The notes under the pieces are model-generated. The model did not search any database. It was not told the DNA's origin and was given only the letters and a program-made list of their open reading frames with translations. A stretch of DNA of 64,000 bases. Origin: a virus. This document shows positions 10,451-19,775 of the stretch, piece after piece. The translations under genes were made by a program, and so were the position numbers. The stretch lies in IMG/VR virus record IMGVR_UViG_3300033048_000096; one strand, 5' to 3'. Position 1 is the first letter of the stretch. Every line of letters begins with the position of its first letter.

Positions 10451-11086
10451 TTATTCTCCGCTATCTCTGGATTTTAACAAAAACTTTATCTTCTCTAGAG
10501 CCAGTATCAAATCTGTAACTGTCTTGTTGTAATTCTCTAATAATTCACGCAACTCTATAACACGATCACTATTCACCTTCTGCAAACGATCCTCAAAATC
10601 CGATCGCAATGAATCGTTTACCTGGGTTATATTCGTCTGCAATGACTGAACTGATAACTCAAGCTTGCTAATTGAATCCTCTAGAGATTTTCTGACATAC
10701 CAAACAGGGACTCCGTCACTGTCACGAATGCTATGCCACTCCCATAAATCCTGGGTCTTCCTCTCCACCTGAGATATCTTCGTGTCAACTTCTAATATCT
10801 GAGTACCTAACTTCTCGATATTTAATAACTCCGTCTTCTCTAAATCAACTATCTGCTCTACCATCGGTATCATAGAATTTAAACTCGAACAAGCATCCTC
10901 CTGACGCTTCTTCATATCCTCAACTATATATAATATCTTGTCAATGTCAGAACTGTCATTAGACTTCTTCGGAGAACTCTTGTTGAATAACTGCTTCTCA
11001 CGAAACGTAATCCAAGCTATTGATATCGCCAAAAGGACTCCAAACATACCGCCCTTCTCAATTAGATATGTTATGATAAGTTCCAT
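10451..11086 (-). CDS. Membrane-anchored coiled-coil protein (possible holin-like)
   Basis: Start reassigned to MELIITYL at 11086 (GGGAG RBS). N-terminal TM, coiled coil, LWEWHxxxDxDGVPVWYV motif. Confidence 0.5.
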   Translation of the reverse strand: MELIITYLIEKGGMFGVLLAISIAWITFREKQLFNKSSPKKSNDSSDIDKILYIVEDMKKRQEDACSSLNSMIPMVEQIVDLEKTELLNIEKLGTQILEVDTKISQVERKTQDLWEWHSIRDSDGVPVWYVRKSLEDSISKLELSVQSLQTNITQVNDSLRSDFEDRLQKVNSDRVIELRELLENYNKTVTDLILALEKIKFLLKSRDSGE

Positions 11087-11230
11087 ACGATACACTCCCA
11101 ACTCTTGTGTTTGTACATTGACAAACCAAATATTATTAGAAACTAACTCTTTACTTAACTTATTCTCTAATATATAGGAACATACCGCCAATCAGCCTAA
11201 GAGCCCGCATAGAGGCCTATACAACCGAAG

Positions 11231-13009
11231 CTAAACCGCAGGCACTAAGCCTAACGAAAAAGCCCCAGAGGGCTTCTGAGGCTGCGCAATCGCTGTCTTA
11301 ATTAATATCTCCACCTTGCTAAACTCAAAATAAGGAATCCGCAACAAACCAATGCCACTATCCTCGCAAAACTTATTCTTAATCTCATCTCTACGCTTAA
11401 TAAACTCCAATGACTCCTCGGGGTTCTTCCACCAACCCTCATAATGCTGCTTGCCATCATACTCTATGCATAAATTATAGTCGGGCAAATAAAAATCAAA
11501 TCTTAGACAGGCTTTATCAGCACACTCTGCGAATGTTTTCTGACAGGAAAACTCTATATTCAATTTGTTAAGAATCTCTCTTACCTTGATTTCACCCTTG
11601 CTTGAACGGCACCCGGGGCAGCCATCGCCACTTAGATGATTGCTAGGCTTCTGCGCAAATTCCCCATGAACCTCGCATATAATGGTAACTTTAGTTTTTG
11701 AGTTACTATAATCAACTTTCGAATAATTATATTTGGATCCATGAATCGCTTTTGCTTTCTCTGTAAAAGCTGCCGTCGTTGAGGTTCTGGAGCTAGCTGC
11801 ATCTTCTCTGCTACACTTTCGGCAGCCTTTACGATCGAGATGATTGCCAGCGATTTGCTCGAATTCACCATGAGCCTCGCATATAATGGTAACTTTATCA
11901 CCAGTTCTTTTGTAATCAACTTTCGAATAGTCATAACGATTTTTATGTATTTCTCTTGCCTTACTTATAAAAGTCTCGGTGTTACCAGCTTTTGACTCAG
12001 ATATACTTATGAATCCGCACTCAAAACACCCCCGGCCTAGAGCATGATATTTTGGGGTCTGGAAAAATTCACCATGGATCCCGCATATGATGACGACTTT
12101 TGATAAGGACCTAGTATAATTTACATATCTGTAATCATACCTATCTCCATGCACAAGTCTAGCTTTTTTCACGAACTCAATGGTTTTTGCTGCTTTATCT
12201 TTAGGCAAACTTTCTGCGATGCATTTACAACATCCCAAACCCACACAATGACCTTTTGGTGATTGTGAAAATTTTCCATGTACTTTACAGATTATTATAA
12301 TTTTTTCTTTAGAATTATAGTTGGATTCTGAGTAGTCATAACGCTCTCCATGGGTTAGTTTAGCTTCTTTTACAAACTCAGTGGTATTTAAAAATTTATA
12401 TGATTTATTTTTATTACATAATACGCATCCATATCCACTAAGATGATCGTTGGGGGTTTGTAAAAACTCACCGTGAATATCGCATATAGGAGTGACTTTT
12501 GTTTTCGAATCAATATAATCAACTTTTGAGTAATCATATTTAGATCCATGCATAGCTTTCGCTTTTTTTATAAAATCTGATGTGCTTAACCTTTTTGAAT
12601 TAGCTGTCCGTTCCCGACCACATTTTCGACACCCCGACCCTGACAGATGGCGGTTTGGTATTTGCTCAAAACTACCATGCACGTTGCATATAATTGTTAT
12701 CTTATTTTTGCTGCCCGTATATATAGTTTTCGAATAATCATATTTTCCACTATGAACTGCTAAAGATTTTTGGATAAAATCTTCGGTGGTTAACTTTTTC
12801 AAGTTACCCATTTCACATCTGCTACATAATTTGCAACCTTTTGTGTTGATATGATTATCAGGAACTTGACAAAACTCTCCATGCTTAGGGCAGATTATAG
12901 TTACCGCTGTTTTTGCGTTAATATAATTTACCATTGAATAATCATATTTACCATTATGAATAAAGTTGCTTTTCTCTATAAAACTTGCTTTTCTTGATTT
13001 TTTTACCAT
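11231..13009 (-). mobile_element. Free-standing homing-endonuclease-like gene: 7 tandem Zn-binding modules (DUF723-like) plus C-terminal PD-(D/E)XK (Vsr/DUF559-like) nuclease
   Basis: Repeats F-x-x-K-A-x3-H-G-x-K-Y-D-Y-S...IICxxHGEFxQxPxxHxxGxGCxxC, then FDFYLP...IEYDGKQH. True start likely MVKK at 13009; the track's extension to 13288 translates intergenic repeats. Confidence 0.8.
11257..11284 (-). terminator. Rho-independent terminator (copy 1)
   Basis: Minus strand AGCCTCAGA-AGCCC-TCTGGGGCT followed by TTTT; overlaps the 3' end of the endonuclease ORF. Confidence 0.65.
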
Positions 13010-13015
13010 GCACAT

Positions 13016-13023
13016 ATTATACC
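13016..13023 (-). promoter_or_regulatory. Sigma70-like -10 element, probably leaderless transcript
   Basis: GGTATAAT lies 6 nt before the ATG at 13009; no SD sequence. Confidence 0.45.
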
Positions 13024-13039
13024 GAAAATCCAAATTTCT

Positions 13040-13270
13040 GACAACAAGAGCATAGACTCGCTGACAACATGCCAGAGCGCAGAGATTCGCTAACATGCAC
13101 AGAGCGCGGAAACTCGCTAAAGCAGGGCAGAAAAATAACAGAGGCCAGCTAACAACAAAGCAGAAAAAACAACGCAGAGATTCTCTGACAACATGCGCAG
13201 AGCCTCGCTGGAAACAGGCCGAAAATAACATAGAAGGCCAGCAGAGAAAATACCCCAGAGATTCGCTGAC
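13040..13270. repeat. Degenerate intergenic repeats, core CAGAGATTCGCTGACAACATG
   Basis: About six imperfect copies (e.g. 13080, 13175, 13256) plus GCAGAAAAATAACA-like units; plus strand markedly T-poor. Confidence 0.7.
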
Positions 13271-13286
13271 GCCCAAAAATTTAAGC

Positions 13287-13319
13287 AAAAAAAAGCCCCA
13301 GAAGGGCTCTCTGAGGCTG
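13287..13319 (-). terminator. Rho-independent terminator (copy 2) after neck/adaptor gene
   Basis: Minus strand AGCCTCAGA-GAGCCCT-TCTGGGGCT plus a T-run. Confidence 0.8.
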
Positions 13320-13327
13320 ACCGTGAC

Positions 13328-14254
13328 TTAGACTATACGACGGGCCCGTAGGTGCCGCAAACGCGTGTAGGCAGGGCTAGAACCGCCCAAATTGGTATGC
13401 GTGCCGTACCCGCGTGGTCCAGGGCGTATGCTGTTCTTGACGAACTTTAATTTTTCCCTGTACGAAGACAGCCAAGTGCCGTACGTGCTCGAAAGAAAGT
13501 CGGCCAACTGAGGCGGCTGGTAACTCACACCGCCATCAGATATTTGGAATTCCCTACCCTTTTCTACCAAACTCTGGGACGCGATCGCAAAGATAAATGA
13601 GCCTTCCACAACTAGCTGACTTAGGGTCGTTTTAATCAGATCGTCGCTAAAGAGGTATGCAGTAAAGAATGGCGTGGAATTTAGTTCGTGCAAAGCTTGT
13701 AAAAGAAAGCAGATCAATATTTCGTCCTCGAAAACGTTGCAAGCTTCGGTTACGATCTCCCCCGCGTCATCTAGGACGTAAGATCCGTTAATATCCCTTA
13801 CGGGCTTCTTTCCAGTGGATCTTAGTCTTGACTTCAAATATTTCAGTAAGATATTGACACCGACAATTTCTTCTGGTGAGAAATCGAAAACAACATCATC
13901 TGCCAAACTAACCTTACCTGGGCCAGTATTAGCGGACAGCCCAGTGGATGGAGATATTACTGTAAAGATAAATGATGTAGATAACGGAGATTCATCAATC
14001 ACGGCATTCCAGTCATCTGTCCAAAGTCCAGCATCACCCAGGGGATCGACACGATAAATATATTGATATAATCCGTCGCCGAGATGATCAACATTTTCGT
14101 TTGTACTGGCAAGTATGATATTGCCATCAAGATCGGAGATTTGTACAGAAGGAGTATCGTCGGCCATAACTTTGTCTCCGCATACATCAAAGTATTGTAT
14201 TTGTAACGCTACCTCTTGTCCTTGTACAGCAGAGTCTCTTGGATTGCATGGCAT
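13328..14254 (-). CDS. Head-tail adaptor/neck-like protein with N-terminal Ig-like domain
   Basis: N-terminal GDGLYQYIY...GLWTDDW beta-sandwich. C-terminal helical domain with FQISDGGVSY hairpin typical of adaptor proteins. Lies downstream of the capsid gene. Confidence 0.5.
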   Translation of the reverse strand: MPCNPRDSAVQGQEVALQIQYFDVCGDKVMADDTPSVQISDLDGNIILASTNENVDHLGDGLYQYIYRVDPLGDAGLWTDDWNAVIDESPLSTSFIFTVISPSTGLSANTGPGKVSLADDVVFDFSPEEIVGVNILLKYLKSRLRSTGKKPVRDINGSYVLDDAGEIVTEACNVFEDEILICFLLQALHELNSTPFFTAYLFSDDLIKTTLSQLVVEGSFIFAIASQSLVEKGREFQISDGGVSYQPPQLADFLSSTYGTWLSSYREKLKFVKNSIRPGPRGYGTHTNLGGSSPAYTRLRHLRARRIV

Positions 14255-14263
14255 ATTGACCTC

Positions 14264-14491
14264 TTATTTTGTGTATAGGATTTTCTTTATAGATCTGATG
14301 GTATTATCAAACTTACAAAATTCGCTATTTATATAATCAATGGATAGCTGGGAAGCATCTTGATTTGGATCATTTAGAATAAACTCAAATCTGCCGCCAG
14401 GAAGTTTTACAGCCCTTTGAAGACTTAACCCGCTTATAACTAAAAAAGCAGCTAGAGGTAAATCTGATGTAGTAAAGGTATCTTCTTCCAT
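14264..14491 (-). CDS. DUF5659-like small protein
   Basis: FTTSDLPLAAFL...G...FEFIL pattern. Confidence 0.55.
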   Translation of the reverse strand: MEEDTFTTSDLPLAAFLVISGLSLQRAVKLPGGRFEFILNDPNQDASQLSIDYINSEFCKFDNTIRSIKKILYTK

Positions 14492-14530
14492 ATTGAACTC
14501 CCATTCAAAAGATCTCTAATTTATTAATAG

Positions 14531-15121
14531 TTATTCGTTGCGCTTTTTGAACATTTTACGATGAGTGTTGCAATAAGGGCTTTTTTTAGGAGCCTGCTTC
14601 TTACAGGGCTCATCATTAGGCTTAATGTAGGCGCAGTGCTTAAATTTAAATCCATTTTTCTCCGTATAAGAACTCTCCTTAATGGGCTTGGGAACTGCAT
14701 CTAACTCAACCTCTTCCACCTCTTCGACCCCTTCCACCTCTTCCACCTCTTCGACCTCTTCCACCTCTTCGACCTCTTCCACCTCTTCGAACATTAAAAA
14801 ACTTGACTCATCTCCTGACTTAATATCCTCCTCAAACATTAAAAAACTTGACTCATCTCCTAACTTAATATCCTCCGAAATCGCAGAATTCTCGGCCTTT
14901 ATTTTCGCAGATAATATTCGCTCAGTTTGTATTCTCGCAGCTTCCATTTCTGACAAATCCTCTTCAAAATCATAAAAGGACTCAAACTCACTAATCTCAT
15001 ACTCAGATACATTGTCGACATTTCCAGTGCTGCGCCTACCGCGGTTCCCTGACAAAGGCTTATTTCTTAATGGAGTGGCTTTTATAAACTTTAATTTTTT
15101 CCTAAGCTCATCTCTCGTCAC
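14531..15121 (-). CDS. Acidic low-complexity protein with C-terminal CCCH-type zinc finger
   Basis: EEV repeats, duplicated EDIKxGDESSFLMFE, CAYIKPNDEPC...YCNTH. Confidence 0.6.
   Translation of the reverse strand: MTRDELRKKLKFIKATPLRNKPLSGNRGRRSTGNVDNVSEYEISEFESFYDFEEDLSEMEAARIQTERILSAKIKAENSAISEDIKLGDESSFLMFEEDIKSGDESSFLMFEEVEEVEEVEEVEEVEEVEGVEEVEEVELDAVPKPIKESSYTEKNGFKFKHCAYIKPNDEPCKKQAPKKSPYCNTHRKMFKKRNE
14708..14876. repeat. Coding tandem repeats: nine 9-bp EEV-type units plus two 45-bp-period units
   Basis: CCTCTTCCA/CCTCTTCGA units; AACATTAAAAAACTTGACTCATCTCCT at 14790 and 14835. Confidence 0.9.
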
Positions 15122-15308
15122 AACTATCCTCCTTAATAATTCTCTTTATATCTTTAATTAAAATCTTTACCCAAACATCCCTGCCGAAATTTAATATATT
15201 TAAATAATCCGAAGGTGTAATGTACTTATTACAAGATATGTAACTCAGGCTTCTCTTGTTATAAATGTTCGCAGCCTTAATAAGCCTCTTTTCTAAATCA
15301 TCTGTCAT
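15108..15308 (-). CDS. Small hypothetical protein (IKRIIxE family)
   Basis: 66 aa ending KDIKRIIKEDSCDER. Confidence 0.6.
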   Translation of the reverse strand: MTDDLEKRLIKAANIYNKRSLSYISCNKYITPSDYLNILNFGRDVWVKILIKDIKRIIKEDSCDER

Positions 15309-15461
15309 TTACAATGCTCCTCATCGATAATCCTCTTTACATATTCCGGCCAGGTCTCTATTTCAAAGTCCATTGCGATAAAATTCTGAGGGCTAATTTT
15401 ATATATTTTATTATACTTCGCCTGACACTCCTAAAAAATCAGACTCGTTAGCTTTAATCAT
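15305..15461 (-). pseudogene. Frameshifted small paralog (IKRIIxE family)
   Basis: ATG 15461 (ATGA overlap with upstream stop) reads MIKANESDFL. The +1 frame continues ECQAKYNK...PEYVKRIIDEEHCK to TGA 15305, which overlaps the next ATG. Confidence 0.55.
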
Positions 15462-16144
15462 ATACTTAACCATGGATTATTATCATAAATAACTGCGACT
15501 TTCTTAGGTAATGACATTCTAACATAACTATAATTAACGCGGTTCCACTTACCCTCTGAATGTAGATATATTAATCCCAAATCGTCAATCTTGATATTAT
15601 GTCTTGGGGATAAAACTTCGCCAAACATAAAACCCGAGGTCCAACCATCACACAGAAGATCTACCGTAATCGTTCTCCTAACACAACCCCTCTCTTGCTC
15701 TGAGATGATGCCACAGGGCTTGCAGCCTCCCTTCTTAGGCCCAGGTTTGCCGCAGGTGCCGCAAGCCTCAGGCGGCTCCTCAACGCTATTGGCAAACTTC
15801 GCACTTAACCTCTTAAACTCAGCACGCTCAGCTGCCTCAATCTCAGCCTCTTCAACCTCTTTAGCCTCTTTATACTTTATCGCTAATAAATCCAAAGGTA
15901 CCGAATACTCCGCGGGACCTAATTCGTAAATGTCAAGAGAGGTGTATCTAAAATGATCGTCACATAACCTTAGAGGATTTACAAAATCAGTCGAGCTATC
16001 TTTATTGTTAGATAAAAGACTTTCCTCAATATTTAACCTCATCTTATCAATTGATTCTGCACGATCAAACCAATAATTAATCCCGCAACCAACCGTGTTA
16101 TCACAACTAGACTCCTGTCTAGCAACTATTAAAAATCTCTTCAC
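15458..16144 (-). CDS. Hypothetical phage protein with Cys motifs
   Basis: Start reassigned to GTG 16144 (GTGA overlap with the 16141 stop): MKRFLIVARQESSCDNTVGCG...; CxxC...CxxC in the middle. Confidence 0.55.
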   Translation of the reverse strand: MKRFLIVARQESSCDNTVGCGINYWFDRAESIDKMRLNIEESLLSNNKDSSTDFVNPLRLCDDHFRYTSLDIYELGPAEYSVPLDLLAIKYKEAKEVEEAEIEAAERAEFKRLSAKFANSVEEPPEACGTCGKPGPKKGGCKPCGIISEQERGCVRRTITVDLLCDGWTSGFMFGEVLSPRHNIKIDDLGLIYLHSEGKWNRVNYSYVRMSLPKKVAVIYDNNPWLSI

Positions 16145-16386
16145 TCTGAACCATCCCTTATTATATCTTTTATTTCTCTTATTGTATCTTTTAGCTTTTC
16201 TTCTTTGGATTTTGCCATCTTCAGAGTAAACATACTTACAGGAGCTATCTCGTGAATCATCCAACCTGCAGTAGGTGTCTTAATAGGCTCAGAAGGTACG
16301 CTCTTAGATAGTTTTCTGACAGGACCGCTCCCGTGTCTTTTAATCTCCGCTTCCGATGGTATTATGATTTTATTTCCCATAAACAA
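16141..16386 (-). CDS. Small hypothetical protein
   Basis: 81 aa ending IREIKDIIRDGSE; divergent from 16468. Confidence 0.5.
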   Translation of the reverse strand: MFMGNKIIIPSEAEIKRHGSGPVRKLSKSVPSEPIKTPTAGWMIHEIAPVSMFTLKMAKSKEEKLKDTIREIKDIIRDGSE

Positions 16387-16443
16387 ACCCCCACATATAT
16401 CTTACCCATAATACATTAACGTAACAATAAAATGTTAATTACA

Positions 16444-16453
16444 TTCTAATAAT
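16444..16453 (+). promoter_or_regulatory. Candidate phage late promoter TTCTAATAAT
   Basis: An identical 10-mer lies upstream of the 11086 gene on the minus strand (11132..11141); related motifs occur before other morphogenesis genes. Confidence 0.4.
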
Positions 16454-16467
16454 TAAATCACACTAAA

Positions 16468-17574
16468 ATGAGGGCGATAATGAAAGAACAACTAGACACG
16501 CTGCGAAAATGGCTGAAACAAAATAACTTCCGAAAAGAAGCAAATATCGTACGTAAACTAATTAACAAAAAATCTATGCTCATTAACGGCGAACCAAATG
16601 ACTCAGGAATAATCGCATACAAAGAAAATATATGGCGGCTCTCAGAATATGAAGAAATAGACGAAAATATTAGAAAAGAAATAAATGAAAAACTTGGCAC
16701 AAAAGAATGGCTCGACTTCAATGACCTACGCGAAGAACTAGACGAATTAGAAAGATTCGACGTTCTAATTGGCACACTCGATGACGGAGACCTCTACATA
16801 TATAATACTACTCTAACCATGGACCCCAAATCCTCTGTCCTAGTTAAAAAAGTTACCAAAGAATTAAAACTAAATAATGTATACTTATATGCAGAAGAAA
16901 TAGGCGACGAAGAAAGAATACCAAGATATATCATGAAAGGAAAAACTATAGATGTCGCTTATCATGGAACCTCTACCAAATATCTTCAAAGCATACTCAA
17001 ATTCGGGATCGCTCCAAATAAAGAAAAATCAAACTATAAAGATATAGAACACCCAGATGCTATATTCTTCTCATCAAGATTCCTCGAAGCTAAAAATCAT
17101 GCAACACATACCGCTACCAAGAACGGTGGCGATCCAATGATTCTCGAATTTAAAATACCAAACAAAAATCTCCTAATACCAGACTATGACGTCGATATTA
17201 AATCAGGAGAATCAGGCATCTATGACTATATCCCAAGCAGGGTCAGAGAAGATAACGCCAGTAACTCCGAAATGAAAGGATCAAGCAACTCCTTGTCTAG
17301 AGAATTCGGAATCTATGGCTATAAAGGAAGAATTCCAAGCTCATTCATTGACTTCTATTATATACTCATGAACTCAGACGAAAACTACGAAGAAGACACC
17401 TCATACAAATCAAAAGAACATTACACTAAAGCAACTAAAGAAGAAGCCGCTGTATATGCCAGAACCAAAGAAGAATTTGGATTCGGAATGATCGAATATG
17501 ATGAAGAAGACTACGAAGAAGAAGATGATGAAGAATACGAAGAATACGAAGAAGATAACCAGCTGAACTCGTAA
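16468..17574 (+). CDS. ADP-ribosyltransferase-fold (Tpt1/KptA- or PARP-like) protein with acidic tail
   Basis: AYHGTS...ILKFGIAP...AIFFS...A..HA......GGDPMILEF...GRIPSSFI; only plus-strand gene in the window. Confidence 0.65.
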   Translation: MRAIMKEQLDTLRKWLKQNNFRKEANIVRKLINKKSMLINGEPNDSGIIAYKENIWRLSEYEEIDENIRKEINEKLGTKEWLDFNDLREELDELERFDVLIGTLDDGDLYIYNTTLTMDPKSSVLVKKVTKELKLNNVYLYAEEIGDEERIPRYIMKGKTIDVAYHGTSTKYLQSILKFGIAPNKEKSNYKDIEHPDAIFFSSRFLEAKNHATHTATKNGGDPMILEFKIPNKNLLIPDYDVDIKSGESGIYDYIPSRVREDNASNSEMKGSSNSLSREFGIYGYKGRIPSSFIDFYYILMNSDENYEEDTSYKSKEHYTKATKEEAAVYARTKEEFGFGMIEYDEEDYEEEDDEEYEEYEEDNQLNS

Positions 17575-17617
17575 ACATAATTAAACTGTCTATGCAAAAT
17601 CCTGACAAAAGAACTCT

Positions 17618-17875
17618 CTACTCCTTACAACTCGAATCATACTTGACTCGCTCATTCTCCTCTCTTATTATTCGCTTTATATACTTATCCGCAGACTCTA
17701 ATTCCGGGTAATAAAGAGCCACATAGTCTAATATATTCTTCTTCATAATTCCCTGCATACCGCCGCGACAACTATATGCACTTAATAAGTTGCTTAACTT
17801 ATTCTTAACCAACTTATTCTCAACCAACTTATTCTTAACCAACTTGCTTACCTCACTCACTAATACCTCCATCAT
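17618..17875 (-). CDS. Small hypothetical protein (IKRIIxE family) with 15-bp KLVxN repeats
   Basis: KLVKNKLVENKLVKNKLSN; ends DKYIKRIIREENER... Confidence 0.55.
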   Translation of the reverse strand: MMEVLVSEVSKLVKNKLVENKLVKNKLSNLLSAYSCRGGMQGIMKKNILDYVALYYPELESADKYIKRIIREENERVKYDSSCKE

Positions 17876-19160
17876 TACTCATCTTTTTAACCATCTTCTT
17901 TATGTGATCCAAAATAAACTCCGGCGTATGGACGTGCTTTACGAAATTACAAGTTCCACAACATGGTACCACATTGTCTTCCGTATAGCCACCGTCAGAA
18001 TCTATCCTGTCAAAACGGGACATGTCAAGCTCAACGCCGCAGTAATGACACTCCGCATTCCAATTAGAAATAACAAACTCCTTCGTTAACCCAAAATATA
18101 TGCCGCGACGATCAGCGCCACGCCTCAATGATGTAAAACGCTCCCCAGGGGCCACACCATATCTCTTGCCGTTACGACTCCTCGCTCTCTTTAAAGGCTT
18201 CTGCTTACTACCTTTTTTATAACCAAAATTATTGCACTCATGATCGGAATTGTTGCCAAACTCCATGATCTTGTTTTTATCCATCTGCTTAATCATCTTT
18301 CTTAAATGTGCTAAAAGAAACTCGGGCGTGTGAGTAAGCTTCACATAATTACAGTTCTTACAACAGGGAACCACGTTGGCCTCCGTATATCCCTTGTCCG
18401 AATCTACCCGATCAAAACGAGCTATGTCAAGCTTCACTCCGCAGTAATTACAATCCGCATTCCAATTGGCAATCATAAACTCCTTCGTTAACTCAAAATA
18501 TATACCGCGAGACTTGGCACCGGACCTTAATGAAACAAAACGACCATTGTGAGTTAGGCTATGCTCCTTATGCCTTTTTAATATCCTCTTCCTGTTCTTT
18601 TTGTAATGCTCCTTTCCTATGTTCGGATTCGCTTCCTTATATTTAGCCGAACTTATGCGGGCAGCCGCTTTAGCGTGATCGCTCTTCATATATTCAACAT
18701 TATATTTTGTGTGGCAATCCTTACAAGAGGTGCTAAAGCCGTCATCTCTTGTACTATCTTTTGAGAATTTATGAATAGACCTTTCCTCTTTGCACTTAGA
18801 ACATTTTTTGCTCGTCTTTATGACCCCACTCGCATGATAAGCTGCTGCATTTTGCTTTCTCTTATTTGTGCGGCAACTCCTGCAGGTCCCTTCTCGACCA
18901 TCTCTAGTCATGCCAGACTTATTAAAGCTAGAAAGGTGAAATGTTTCCTTACAGGCATTACAGGCTTTATATGCTTTTATAACGTACTTCGGTTTAGGAT
19001 TTAAAGCATTTTTGGCATCTCTCTTTATCTTCCTAGCTATACTATAGCATGGCTTACATTTATTACTGTATCCATCTCTAGTAGCCTTGTTTACAGTGTA
19101 ACTGTCGTATCCTAATAATTCTCCGCAGTCATTGCATTGTTTCTTTTTATCTTCACTCAT
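17853..19160 (-). CDS. HNH (His-Me finger) endonuclease: three CxxC...DG...CxxC zinc modules plus two tandem HNH domains
   Basis: CNYCG...DRVDSDKGYTEANVVPCCKNCN and CHYCG...DRIDSDGGYTEDNVVPCCGTCN. Start MSEDKKK at 19160 (TAAGGA RBS). Confidence 0.8.
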   Translation of the reverse strand: MSEDKKKQCNDCGELLGYDSYTVNKATRDGYSNKCKPCYSIARKIKRDAKNALNPKPKYVIKAYKACNACKETFHLSSFNKSGMTRDGREGTCRSCRTNKRKQNAAAYHASGVIKTSKKCSKCKEERSIHKFSKDSTRDDGFSTSCKDCHTKYNVEYMKSDHAKAAARISSAKYKEANPNIGKEHYKKNRKRILKRHKEHSLTHNGRFVSLRSGAKSRGIYFELTKEFMIANWNADCNYCGVKLDIARFDRVDSDKGYTEANVVPCCKNCNYVKLTHTPEFLLAHLRKMIKQMDKNKIMEFGNNSDHECNNFGYKKGSKQKPLKRARSRNGKRYGVAPGERFTSLRRGADRRGIYFGLTKEFVISNWNAECHYCGVELDMSRFDRIDSDGGYTEDNVVPCCGTCNFVKHVHTPEFILDHIKKMVKKMSNDGGISE

Positions 19161-19181
19161 TTCGCTATTCCTTAATCTCAC

Positions 19182-19775
19182 TCATCTTTTTAACCATATC
19201 ACTTCTGTCTTTTTAATATTCTTCTGTAATGCTCTTTTCCCGCGCCCGAACCTCCGTATTGTTATGTTTACGCGATCATACTATTTGACGTAATTATTCC
19301 TAATATGCCCTGATTGATATTTTGCATGGCAATCCTTACAGGAGGTGTTGAAGCCGTCACCTCTTGTACTATCTTTTGAGAATTTATGAATAGACCTTTC
19401 CTCTTTGCACTTAGAACATTTTTTACTTGTTTTTATAATTTCCTTCGCATGATAAGCTGCTGCATTTTGCTTCCGCCTATTTATTCGGCAACTCCTGCAG
19501 GAACCCTCCCTACCGTCTCTAGTTAGCTTAGACCTATCAAAGTTAGAAAGGTGAAATGTTTCCTTGCAAGCCTTGCAGGCTTTATATGCTTTTATAACGT
19601 ACTTCGGTTTAGGATTTAAAGCATTTTTGGCATCTCTCTTTATCTTCCTAGCTCTGCTATAGCATACCTTACATTTATTACTGTATCCGTCTCTAGTAGC
19701 CTTGTTCACGCTGTAACTGTCGTATCCCAATAATTCTCCGCAGTCATTGCATTGTTTCTTTTTATCTTCACTCAT
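19182..19775 (-). pseudogene. Duplicated, internally deleted copy of the HNH gene (zinc modules only)
   Basis: Near-identical N-terminus offset by 615 bp; stop at 19281. Remnants GKEHYRRILKRQK and MVKKMS follow, so both nuclease domains are missing. Confidence 0.7.

Noticed and set aside
13040-13270. CRISPR array
   Set aside because: Repeats are degenerate and irregularly spaced, with no constant-length unique spacers and no cas genes.
13010-13288. N-terminal extension of the 685-aa ORF and the 13095..13331 plus-strand ORF
   Set aside because: Both translate the intergenic repeat/terminator region; the zinc modules begin after 13009.
16145-16264. First 40 codons of the 268-aa ORF
   Set aside because: They overlap the 81-aa gene; the GTGA coupling at 16141..16144 is a better start.
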